From Asterias rubens (Eukaryota): DNA of 64,000 nucleotides. Numbering within the stretch: the stretch's first letter is position 1; each line of letters begins with the position of its first letter. Positions 1 through 12,076 of the stretch are shown here, one piece after another. The stretch spans positions 2,976,001-3,040,000 of the forward strand of contig NC_047073.1 in the NCBI RefSeq assembly GCF_902459465.1. The letters are read 5' to 3'. The position numbers were made by a program, and so were the translations under genes. Under the pieces are notes generated by a model. That model made no database searches and was not told the DNA's origin. It was given only the letters and a program-made list of their open reading frames with translations.

Positions 1-552
1 CTTGTACTGATAACATCAACAATATGGTGACTTTGAGACAGCAGCTCACACAGCAGACAAACCGCTTATTTCCCCTTAAAACCACTAAGCATACATGTAT
101 ATTGATCTGAAATCAATCTTGATATTTGACTATTTGCAGGGCAAATGTCTCTGACAAATCAACCTGCCATTACAGTCTATAGGTGAAGATTTGTTGTCTT
201 TGTAGTTTTTGTTTCATTTTCAAACATGCTCTGTGTAACAAGAAACAAGCTGATGGGTGACAAAAATGTGTCTAAGGTAGAAGTGGTGATTCTGCGAATC
301 AGAACTGAGCAGTTAGGATGTTTTAAACAGAACACTCTGTTCATCTTCAGGAGAATACTGGACTACTGAAGATGCTTGGGCTTTAGTATTGTTGATGTTT
401 ACAAAGCGGTTTGTTGTTATTGTGTTGGACTTTTTTCCATCGCAATGCCAAGAAGTTTGCGTGGTACAAAATAAAAAGTCTAAATGTTTTTCTTGGTAAC
501 ATCATTTACCAAGTTCCCTCTGATTTTGCAAGAGACGGTGCAGTCTACTCAC

Positions 553-605
553 CTCATATACGCGTGTAGAACACTAGACAGCACTGGTCCTCAAATGTCA
601 TTTAC
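553..605 (-). ncRNA. Candidate internal exon (53 nt) of a spliced minus-strand transcript divergent from jun
   Basis: On - strand, ...tttctgctttctttcag|GTAAATG...TATGAG|gtgagt. Strong acceptor and donor; stops in all three frames. Confidence 0.5.
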
Positions 606-1556
606 CTGAAAGAAAGCAGAAATATTCAAACCCGATGATTACTACAGATCAGATATTGAAATAGCGCCAAGGCACAGTTACCACTATCTTATTATTAAAA
701 GGCACACTCCAATTACTCAATTAAATCTTAATTCACAAAGACAGCCTGGAGACAGCATGATAATAATCAATATTTTCACAAACATCGTCTCAAGGGGAGG
801 GGGTACGTTTGCGAATAGAGAAAGAAGGGGGCCAAGTCATTAGGAGTAGTTGAAACCCATTGATGGATTCAATAATGTGAAACTAACGTAAGGTATCACA
901 ACGGGTGCGCCCTTCAGAGCTTATCAGGATCCAACTTGAGGCTGTACGGAAAGGGGGATTTTACCCTCCGAAATACACCTAACCATCGTCAATTCCCAAA
1001 GCAATAGTGGGGAGAACTTTTTAATCTTTTCACTTCCACGAGCTTAGAGCCAGTTATTCCTGGGGGAGGCTATTACCAAGGTTTCAGGCCCATGTTTTTG
1101 AAACTTTGGCGCCCAACGTCAATATCATGGTCACGCAGATCATTCTTCAAACAGTACAGGAATACAACATCCCAAAGACTCAATGCTCTTTTCAAAGATT
1201 TATTGAATGAAAACTTCAGGATGCTTTATTTTTAAATCAATCAAATAAAATACCACAAGGAGACTACGTCTATTTTGGGATGAAAGTTCTCTTCTTTTTT
1301 ATCGAGGTAAGATTTAATCTGGCTGTTAATCCTAACAAGAAGCAAGTTGTCCACTTTGAACGGTTCCAGAAATGTGAACTTTAAGGGATTAAAAAACACA
1401 CCCATTGCTCCAATCCTTCTCTTCCTTGCTATAAATCAAATATCAATCTTAAACATTGTAAACTTGTAGATCGTTTGAATAGTAAACACAAACCTCTTCC
1501 CAAAACACTTGATTACATCATACATCAACCTTGTTTTCCCGGTCAGCTACTTTTTG

Positions 1557-1760
1557 TATTACGGAAGCAGGGAATTCTGTGCTTACGGCAAGCGTATTTC
1601 ATGGGTTAGCGACAAATTTTGGCTTCTGCGCGTGCATACTCAACGTTAGTAGGCATTCTACGCTTACAAGGCTAGCGCAGAAATTCTGCGCTTGCACATT
1701 AGCGGGGAATCGTGATCGTAAACGTGGAATTCGACGATAAGCCATGAAATTGGGCCCTGG
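1557..1760. mobile_element. Partial PIF/Harbinger-like (CWG-flanked) MITE
   Basis: Ends in ATGAAATTGGGCC-CTG. Body (acggaagcaggga...gggttagc...ttttggctt.tgcgcgtgc.tactc.acgtta) matches the copy at 46929-47070. Confidence 0.65.
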
Positions 1761-4638
1761 TAAAGTGCAACCTGGTGCAAGTATGTTGTGCAAGTGCCAC
1801 AACTGGGATTCATACCCACATATCAAAAACACCACAGAATAAGTCTGGCGCTCTTAATTAACCGATCGGCCACAACAACTGAATCTCAAAGTGCATCTTG
1901 GCTACGCGCAATTAGACAAAATAAATAACTCTTGGTGGTAAAACGTAAAATCCTTCATTACAAAGACCATCTCTATGCCCAAAATACTATCATTTTGTGT
2001 ACGCCGTAGTCTGTGGAAAAAAATCTTGACGAACATCTCCAAAAATAATATGATTAGACTTGAAATATTTGTATGAAGATAATGACTGTTGGAGGCAACT
2101 CTTACATCCTCTGGGATAGAAACCTTCTCCTGCATCCCCAAGATGCACAGTGATAATTGCACTCACTGGTATGCAACTAATTACCATCTTTCACTCCACC
2201 AATTGCAAAACCTTCCTGAGATCAGCCCGAAGATAATTGATGAAAATTTGACTTCCTATCCAACGATTTCCCTAGCCTTACAGTCGGCAACATGAACACG
2301 ATCATCTTCCCACATATCTGGCAAATATTTGTTGCCATCCGATGGGAATCGTGTGCCCCGACGTCTTGCACTCGATGTTGGAGTCAACCGCACAGGAAAT
2401 TCTCCCAATTATACCACTTTCCAGGAGTTTTAGCTAATTTCCCTCAATACAAAATGACAAGGTCTTTGGTAACTACAACTGACAATGTAAAGCTCATGCT
2501 ACATGTTTAGTTCAAGCCAAATATCAATAAGATGAAGTAAGATTTTTATTTGTTTACCAACTCTACCAAATTGCATACAGGTGTACGGAAATATGCATAC
2601 ATTAGTGCATAGTTGTCGCCCTTAACCAGGCACTTTGTAAGTAGCTGTAATGTATGAAAATTTGACTGGTGACTTTTCTACATGATTCCAGCTACTTATC
2701 ACTGCTAAAAGAATAACTCATCTAAACAAAGTGATTTAATTGAATAACTTGGAAATGATTTTGTTTGCAGATATTTTTCTTGAATGACTACGTGGTAATT
2801 CACAACAAATTAAAGGATTTATGCAAATTAATATTGACAGACTCGCACAGTCAATGCTATTCCTATAAATCACACAAAAACAACAGAGAAAAATCACACC
2901 CTACAGTTTTGTTTATAACCATTATCATTAAATAGTGTTGATTTTTATCAGAATTTTTCAAAGGAAATTATAATAAAAAAAAAACTTCAAACCTTGAATT
3001 TTCAATTGTCAAAGTGTCTTAATTGTATTATTTTTTTAATGTTTTTTAACAAAAGCGCATTTATGAATGAGAATAAAAGAGTAGTGACTCATTCTTAAAT
3101 GTCCGTTTAAAACCTTGTTTTGACCCTTTGTTTTTGTTCTTCAATTTTTACTGATTGATCAATAAAACTTAGCACAGCCTCGTAAGGAGTGACATGCAAT
3201 GACACCTGGCAAAACAGTTCATGCACTTCAAATCCAAGCTTTCACTTCAACAATACAACTGAGTATCCATCAGCTTCTTTCCATTTTCTTCTCTCTATCT
3301 TTTTCCTGTTTTTTCCCCGTGTGAGTAACCAATGCTAAACCTTTTAAGGCTGCAAAAGACCTCCTCCCCAATTCCTTGGAGACTTTCTTAAAGATAAATT
3401 AACAGCGAAGTAAGCGGTTCTCCCCCAGTCAACTTGCCAACACCAAGACCAAGCATCAATTTTCTCAAATTAAAAAACTCACAACTAATTTGTACAGTCC
3501 ATGCAGGATCCTAAACAGTCCACCGTGTTTATCGGTAGCAAGGGGGGAGAGTGGGGGTTGTTGGCCCCTCGTGAAGGGGGCACAAATTAGGGGGGCGCAC
3601 ACTTCCAGGGAGGTCATTGCCTGTCAACAAGGGCAGCAAGTGGGTCAATAGCCTACTGATGGCTAGGTGCAGGACAGAGGTGAACAGCCACAAATTTGTT
3701 AAGTGAGGAATCGGTCAAGGTTTGATAAAGAGTCTTACATCACAAGATGATGGAGGGGCCTTTTCTGGTGGTCAGAATGGGTAATAGAACTTGAAACAAA
3801 CAAAATCATGCTTTCTTTTTTAAACCTAATAAACAATTCTCAAATTTGTAAACAACTATGCATGTTAATTCATGAAACCACTTTTTAAGTCAAAAATCTG
3901 GATTCTAGAAATCCTTAAAATCTTGGCTTTTAGGGGTTGAACGTCGACGCGAGACAACATTATTAAGATATGACAAAGTGAGAATTAGGACAATTGTAGG
4001 ATCATCAAACAGAGTATGGAATAAATTTCAACCCTGCAAAGTTGAAGGCTAAGCACAGGATATCAGAGGCTTCCTCAGCAATGTTTCAGTGGCGAGCTTT
4101 TTCTACACAGTGTTATTTTTGACAAACCCCCCTAAGCCAAAACATATCTATACAGACCATCTCTTCTGTGTGAAATGTTGACGAACCCTACAGGGTAGCC
4201 AAAATTAGTGCACTACAATGACCCCTCTGTCAACGATTGACCCTGTCATAATTTCTGGGTCTGTAGTTTGGATTGACCAGCAAGAATTGATTCATATGTG
4301 TATATTATTCAGGATGTACACATAATTGTGGTTATACAGTCACCAGATATAGACTATGAGTAACCCAATATTATTCTTCTTCTTTTCAAAATGCCAACTT
4401 TCATAGAAACAGCTGGATGTCGGTTAATGCAAACAGCTAAACTCTAAAATCTTTAGAAGTGTATGGTGTTGAAAGTTGGTGGCTTATCATCATAGGGCCA
4501 AAACATCATAACTAAAATGTTTTTGAAAACTTTTGGACTTCATACTACACCTTGGATGTTACAAAAGCAGACACAAAGAACTTCAAAAAGAACTTGCACT
4601 CCCCTAAACAAAGAAATATAAGGAGACCCTTAACAATA

Positions 4639-4740
4639 GGGCTAGGTTGCTCAGTTAGTACAGCGCCACCAACTGAGGTCCCAGGTTCGAGTCCTGCTCC
4701 AGTCGATTTTGCTTAAATGGTCAACCCAAAAGTGTATTGA
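4639..4740 (+). mobile_element. tRNA-derived SINE (degenerate)
   Basis: A-box-like ttgctcagttag and B-box ggttcgagtcc, followed by ctccagtcgattt, which is shared with the copy at 52289. Confidence 0.6.
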
Positions 4741-5373
4741 ACATAAACCTCTGTGATGTGTTTTCCCAGTATTAAAATAATGAGGGAATAAACGCAAAGC
4801 TGAGAATTTGTAAGTCTTATTTGTTTTTGATAAAACCAACATTTTTATTGTTGCTGAATACGTCTGAGTTTGGCCATATGAGTTCAGATGGTTGTGGCAA
4901 AATTTACTATTGCTTTGGCTATAGACTAGATACTGTAGCTACAAAGGAAGGGCCCGTTCTTCAATGCTGCCAGCAGCGAAAGCCATAGCTGAAGACACTC
5001 AATCCAAACACAGCGAAGAACATGTTTGTCACACTCATGGGGACTAAGCCCTGGGAAGTAATGTTTGAAATTAGCTGTGAAAATGTACATCAATATGCAC
5101 CATGTTCAATCAGGCCCGTGTGCTGTGGTGCATTGTTTATTTTGAACTCTGCAACTTAATAATCGCACTTGACGCATAGAATAAGAAGCGCGCATAAAGT
5201 TACAAATCATGTAAATGTCCGAATAAACAATGCGCCACAACACACAGGGCAGATTCATCATAGTGCATATTACAGGTATACTACAAGATTCAAATAAGAG
5301 AAACATCTTCAATTGCTCAAAGAACAAACACTCAAAGTCTTAATGCAGCTAGCCGATTGTGCCTCAAACTCAC

Positions 5374-5463
5374 CGTGGTACTAAAGTGCAGTTGATGATG
5401 ATCTGTGTAAAATGGTTAAGCTGACAAGTCAGCTTGGTCCTGGCAGCGACTGGAACCCTTTAG
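5374..5463 (-). ncRNA. Candidate internal exon (90 nt) of the divergent transcript
   Basis: ...gaattcttttcaatttcag|CTAAAGG...GTACCACG|gtgagt; stops in all three frames. Confidence 0.5.
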
Positions 5464-5837
5464 CTGAAATTGAAAAGAATTCATTCATAATATTTCCACA
5501 ACTATTGTTTCAAATAATTATCAAGCATGAAGTTTTTTTGATACTACTACAGGTATCCAAAAAGCAAAACCCACCAGAAAACAAACAAAATGACAACATT
5601 AACTGGAAGGTTAAGTGATAATTTGGGTACTATGCAAGCAGGCAATGGGAATTATGGTCAGGGCTACTATTACGCCATGGTTCAATTTTAAAGTTTACAA
5701 AAAGAAAAAAGCTAGTTAGAAACAAAACACAAAGTTAAACAATGTAATCGAGAGCATGCAGGGAGGGGTCCAGACTCCATGGACCCAACCCCTCCTTGGG
5801 TCAATGCCTATACACCATTCAACAGGTAATCCACTAA

Positions 5838-6173
5838 GGCATAACGAAAAATGCGTTATGTTGGCGTAACGAGCCCCCAAAAATAGGGTAGGTAGGTAAG
5901 GATCCCCCCCCCCCCCCAGCAATGAAAAATTACATGTTTTCTAGTTTTTTAAGCCGGTAGTATACACAATAACAAAAAGAAACAAAAGAAAACAAGGCAA
6001 CACACAACAAACAGTATATTTTTAAACTCCTATTGACATTTTTTTTTAATTACATGTCTTTATAGATTTTAGTCATTAAATTCCTTCCCTTGAAAAAATA
6101 AAAAAATATCCAGGGTCGGCCATATTTTTAGGGTAGGTCGGGTTACGCCAACATAACATTTTGTTGTTATGCC
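5838..6173. mobile_element. PIF/Harbinger (Tourist-like) MITE with TAA target-site duplication
   Basis: TAA-GGCATAAC...atgttggcgtaac at the left end; gttacgccaacat...GTTATGCC-TAA at the right end. Confidence 0.75.
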
Positions 6174-6276
6174 TAATTATGCTGTTTGCATTGTTAGTCA
6201 AGTCAGCAAAACAATATTTGTAAGTGGGAGAATAACTATTTGAAACAAGTTTCATTTTAGAAAATTGTGATCTTAC

Positions 6277-6358
6277 CAGTCAAAGTTGAAAATGCATATT
6301 GCAATGACAGTTTCTGGTGCTCCACTGTTGGGTTTACTGGTAAAGAACTTTAGTAGAT
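6277..6358 (-). ncRNA. Candidate internal exon (82 nt) of the divergent transcript
   Basis: ...ttctcttcttttcttttcttttgacag|ATCTACT...TTTGACTG|gtaaga. Very strong acceptor; open in one frame only (LLKFFTSKPNSGAPETVIAICIFNFD), with no recognisable homology. Confidence 0.55.
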
Positions 6359-7073
6359 CTGTCAAAAGAAAAGAAAAGAAGAGAACAAACTTTTAATTCA
6401 ATCACTAATATTGTTTTCATGCTTCACTTGAAGAAAATGGTTCATTGGAACATTCCGTAAAGCATACAAAGTGTACCTCATAGATAACCTTAGGAAAAAA
6501 ACTTGAACTTATGTCTAATACAATCATTGAATGAAGGCTCCTTCATGAAACAGAAGCACAGCTTTTTCATTGCAGTTTGTGTACAAAACTTGTGTAAATA
6601 AAGTACTTTCTCAAGATGTTATGGTCCAGTAAAAACTTTGCAAGACCTTTGGTCTAATGAAACTCCCCTAAGTTTGTGCCCTTTGTTCGTTATAATTTTT
6701 AAAAATGCACACCTAAAAATGCACACCCACACAACAATTGCTTCTGTAGATCCACTCACACCACTGCCCTTGGAATGATCTATGACTGTTTCTAAATGAT
6801 CAAAACTGAAACTCTAAAATCATGTACCCAGATAACAACCAACTCACCACAAAGGAAGTCAAAGTTTTCAAACAAACAATTCAAGGTGTAATTCTGCTAT
6901 ATTCATGTAAAATGTACTATTAAATACACCACAAGAGAGACATCAAGTTGTTTGAGGGCCATTTTGAGGAGTGCAATTAAGCATCTTTAATCATTGGTCT
7001 TGTCACTGTTTTTAAGGGGTGATCACAAAGTTTGGCAAACTAGGTGTTGTGTGAAATATTAAATTCATTGCTG

Positions 7074-7406
7074 TTAAAGGGACACGTTGCCTTGGATCGG
7101 GCAAGTTGGTCTTTGTGAAAAGCGTTTGAGAAAAAAAAAACGCAAGGTTGGAAAGATATTTTAAAAGTAGAATACAATGAACCACACAATAATGCCTCGA
7201 GTTGCGCGTGATCGTGATTTAACAAGCGAGCCATTCAAATTTTTGACTCCACAAAATAGCCGACCGTGTTAGTTTGCTTAATAAAAGGCAATCCACGCGA
7301 TTTCAAGGCATATTTATGTGGATTATTATTATTCTTCTTTAAAAACACCTTTCCAACCATGCATTTCATAACAACTTGCCCGATCCAAGGCAACGTATCC
7401 CTTTAA
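7074..7406. mobile_element. Kolobok-type non-autonomous element
   Basis: TTAA-AGGGACACGTTGCCTTGGATCGGGCAAGTTG ... CAACTTGCCCGATCCAAGGCAACGTATCCCT-TTAA: TIR of over 30 bp, TTAA duplication, RR...YY termini. Confidence 0.8.
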
Positions 7407-8446
7407 CATTTTCAGCAAGTTTTAAGACCTAACATGTTTTAGTTTTGTAGCATGACGGATGTACAACTAAATTTGCTATTTGCATTTCAACGAAGTAGCG
7501 TATCACGATTCGTCTTTATCCAATGCTTGGTGCCAAAACATTGGCGACGCATGCATTGGTTTGTGCACAGCAGTCAGCGTGCACATCTCTTTTTTCGCGA
7601 AGTGATTAACATTTATTAAAACAGTTGCTAGATGAAAACACTTGATAGCTCTGTACAAATGAAGAATTCAACTTTATTTTGGTATTAGTGTTGTTTATCT
7701 TTTTACACAACAGCAAGCAGTCTCCGAGTTTGAAAAATATGTAATTCAACTTCAACCTTGATTTTCTCCACACACAGGGTTTTGACTGTGGTGCAAGATT
7801 ATTTTGGTTCACTAAAGCTATCAATATAATGTTGGCAAACAGCCAACAACCTCATGATCCTCATGGAAAAAAAGACTTATTCCAAGCTAGTTACAATGTA
7901 TTAAGATCATAGTTTGCAAGGAAGTTCAACTCCCCGCCAATATACATGCTGAATCCACTCAACACCTGTATAGGAAAGAAACGTACATATGTAGGTCATT
8001 GAGAAAAAAAACTAAGAAAAGGTTCATTTTAAGCTTTTTAAGAATGAATGCACCAGCATGACCAGTAGGAAGGGGCTGTCAGTATTCACTTACTAGTGGG
8101 AAGTATAAGGCTGGGGTATAGACTTATACCATGTAACATTGTATACCTGTATTATGTATCACGTACACCCTTTTTATGGAGTTAAAAGCGGTCACGAGTA
8201 GGCCTTACTGATACTTAATCATAATAGACAGTTTGTGGTTGATGTAGTATTGTGAGGAGAGCTGGTCGAAGGGATCTGAGAAAACTAGTGTCTCCAATGA
8301 GGAAAGGGTCTACGAAAACTTTTAAAACTCTAAAATACATAGTGGAAAGATAAACTAAGTGTAATCTTTCAGTTAAAGACAAAACAAACTACATTGTTCA
8401 AGGGTGAGGTTTTGAGAAATCTCAAAATAAAATTTCTATATTGCAG

Positions 8447-8623
8447 TATAGACCTTATGCACATGACGTCATTTCAGTAGGGTACCCTCACCTAGAGGTC
8501 AAAAGGAGGTTGTTCATTGGCCAATCCTGTGCGCTGCGCGTACAAATCTGTGCGTTTCGATTGTTTTGTCACCGTTTTCCCACTAAGATGGCCGGTGGAT
8601 GACGTCAATGCATAAGGTCTATA
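8447..8623. mobile_element. Short MITE with CRE palindromes in both terminal repeats
   Basis: TATAGACCTTATGCAcaTGACGTCAT ... ATGACGTCAaTGCATAAGGTCTATA. Confidence 0.75.
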
Positions 8624-10744
8624 TGGAAAATTAAATGACTTTCTTTAATTTTTATTTATTTTAGTATTTATATACATTATATGTATATTTTTGGGCAGAT
8701 TTTGTATTTTCAAAACAAAGACTGTTGGGAAGAAACATTATAATAAATTGATAAAAATTGTAAACTTCAATTCACAAATACTTTAGGCTAGCTGTTTTAC
8801 TGCTTATAATGCTATATCACTTGCAGTCAGTTAGGATTTCTTGTATAATGCATCCAGTAACATAAATTTTAGTGGATAGACCCTATGAAACATTGACAAG
8901 CTGATACGGGTTAGAAGCCTTGATTTACGATGCCAGTATACGTCACATTCCTGGAAACAATGTTCTGGAATGGCATTCATCAAACAAGTATTATCACTGA
9001 ACTTGAATGATGTACACTGTTAACTGTAAGCTGTTCATAATAATGTATACCGTAGAGCTAAGTCCTAGCTCTGTGCATACTGTATACCACCAGACAACCT
9101 AAACAACCATACTACCTGCATTCAGGCATACACTAAAAACTGAACAGTGGTTTCACCACGGCCAAGGTCAAGTCTGTCACCTTGACTGTGTACAATATGT
9201 TGAACATATCAAATTTGTTACAAAGCAAAAAGAAACATTACAAAGGGATTTGTTCAAACTACACATTCATCTTGGGTGTTTCACAGTTTTTTTGGAAACA
9301 TCCAGGATCTCTAATAATGAATGATCAAAGACGATGATCATGGATTTCAATGATGATTTTTGATGATTTTTTTTAATGATGGGCTACCATAAGTATCAGT
9401 TCAAAATGCGCACTGTGGAGTATGCTGGACAAGTGCCAAATAAAAGTACGTAGTACAATTTGTATGCACGCTGGGAGCCCATGACTAAACACCACAATTG
9501 ATCGTGCAATAAAAAGTGCTTTATACTCATGTAAAACAATATGTTTAAGTGTACACTTCACTTTTAAACGGTCATTTATTTTCATGACACAAGCTGGAAT
9601 ATGAGAGAGTCAACATTATTTTCATTGACGACTAAATGGAATGGAATATTAACCTTTTAAAGAGGTACAAATGTACACTAAAAAGTTTTTTTGGATGATT
9701 GTGCAACTGTGTAAACAAACGAAATGCAGGTGTCCCCCCCCCCTGTCACAAGACCTGCCAGTTACAATGGAACAAAAGTGGTATTGTGCTAGTCTACAGT
9801 TAGAAACACAAAAGGGTGTGACGTCATATTCCAAAGTGTATTGTATCGTTTACTGGTCGTACGCAATAATGAACGTAGACATGTGTGATGGAACGAATCT
9901 ATGTCCATTTTACTCACTGTATATTTATCAGGTTTATCAAGTCATTTGAGAGAGCAAGACCGTTTTAATTCCGGAAAGGGGACTTCCACTTTTAAATCTT
10001 TAGGTCTATGGGAAACATTAAAAAAAGGACACCAAGCCCAAGACCAGGGCAACAGAGGCCATGCCTCCATGCATATTTCCATGCTTGGAAAATGACAGTA
10101 CAACTGTCTGAGTTAGTAAGCAGGGCTACAGACCCGTTTCCTCACAGAGACAAAAGAGGCATTTTTGCCTCTGGTCATCATTGCCTTGGTGCCCCTTCAA
10201 AGGTTCCAGACACACATTTTTATATCCCCATAGTTATCCTGTACTTAATAAAAACTGCCTTGCCCAAAAGAACCAAGTGTAAGGCATGTTATTAGGCAGT
10301 ATCATCCAAAGATTTCACTGTGGGTAACCAATGATATCTTTATTGAGGAGATACAATCAGGGTAATACCCCTTCTGGGATTAAGAGGGTGACAATGTTCC
10401 TGTGTCTCTCGATTGGTAAATCCACGGATTCTCACTTCACGCTAACAACAGGAATGATTTTCATTACTTAGGACATCAGGGAGTTGCTATCGACAATTCT
10501 CAGCATTTTAAAGTCATCAAAATTAAACAGAAAATCAGATTTCTGCTTTGTGTCGTTGATGTAGGCCTACACATTGAAATTGCCTCTTTGAAAAAAAAAT
10601 CCTTTAAAAAAAAAATCCAAATTGGTCAAGATTGTGTGACCATCACTCTGCTGCAGAGTAAGTTGCAATACAACTTCACCGAGTATTTTGAGTCCCTCGC
10701 AATTCTATAACTTATGTAGCAGCATGATTAATTGGTTTCCTTAC

Positions 10745-10756
10745 CGTTTGCTTTTC
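10745..10756 (-). ncRNA. Candidate 12-nt micro-exon
   Basis: ...ctctgtatttctcttcag|GAAAAGCAAACG|gtaagg on - strand. Confidence 0.35.
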
Positions 10757-11838
10757 CTGAAGAGAAATACAGAGGCTAGGTACAAGTCTATATTGTATAC
10801 ACACACACACGTAAACATACGTAGTGAAATGACGAAGTAGTAACCAACATTGTTGCAACAAACTGTATTTTGTCATGACATTATCAGGCAGTTGACAAAA
10901 TCCCTCTGGCTCCTGCTTAATTTACTCAGTAAATGAATTTACACAGGTGCCTAATGCAAACAGTGTTCTACCCAAAGCTCATCCAAGCTATAATAGATCT
11001 CTATTTCAAAGTCTTGACACAAAAAGGGAATTAAGATTGATCTTGAGGTGCTAGAATGGTGCTAAAGCAACAGGTGAAATGGAAATTCAAGATTATTGTC
11101 AGAAATGTTTGCAACAGATGCTAGCAAATCATTCAATGTGTCCAAAACTTCTCTGGAGAGTTCACGGATATACAACCATTTAGACACAATCTTGTTCATG
11201 AAGAATTTACATTAAAAGGAGGATTGTACAATGTTTTGGTTTCTAGAGCTAGCTTATAAGAGCTGGGCATAGAAGCAATCATCCTTGCTCAGCAGTTAAG
11301 CATGAACAAAGTCTGCTTTGTTTAAACCAAATTACCAAAATAAATAACAATTTTGTGTATCTGAATCCATGCAAATTTGTACCAAACACACAAATTTACT
11401 CTAAAAATTGTGTTTTTGTTTTTTTCATGCAACTAAGTGTTCACATTTTAAGAGTTTTTTAAATATTCACCAGAATTTTAAGTGACTTTTTTGACGGAAG
11501 GGATTCCTCAGTTGCCATCCCTAGTACGTAGGTGACAACAAAAAAACACATTTAAATATTTATTTTTTGCAATCTATAGATTTATTGCACAAGTCAAAGC
11601 GTGGTGCAATTAAAACAGATTTATACCTGTTTCATTACTCCATGGTCAAGCAAATAACTGTACATCGTGCATAGATGGAATGAGTTTTCATAAACGGTGT
11701 AGAAGCCCAGTGTGGTGGAATTCATTATGCAGAATTAGGATACCACTTCAGCTTGGCACGGCCAGAATAAACACTGTATAATGCTCATCCACCTAGCTAG
11801 TCCCAATCCCCCTGGCCCCAGCTTTTCATTCACTTTAC

Positions 11839-12076
11839 CTTGAAACCAGACATATTCACTTTGAATCTCCACTTAAATTTCCATGTGAGTAGATAATGGC
11901 ATTACACACTGTGGCTTGGCATGATGGGGCCTCCTCCTTTCATTCATGAAAATCAACCCAGACGAAGCCAAGGGCAATTTCAACCAGAGCCTAGACAGAC
12001 TGATCAATATTCATCAAGCCAGTGAGAAACAAGAGTGCTGTGCAAATAACGGAATTTTCCTCTCTCCTCAGGATTC
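11839..12076 (-). ncRNA. Candidate internal exon (238 nt) with several short ORFs
   Basis: ...tgttctactacag|GAATCC...ATGTCTGGTTTCAAG|gtaaag; all frames interrupted. Confidence 0.35.

Noticed and set aside
1900-2510. Cluster of overlapping short ORFs, possibly decayed transposon coding sequence
   Set aside because: Interrupted by stops, with no motif I can assign; a tBLASTn/Dfam search would be needed.
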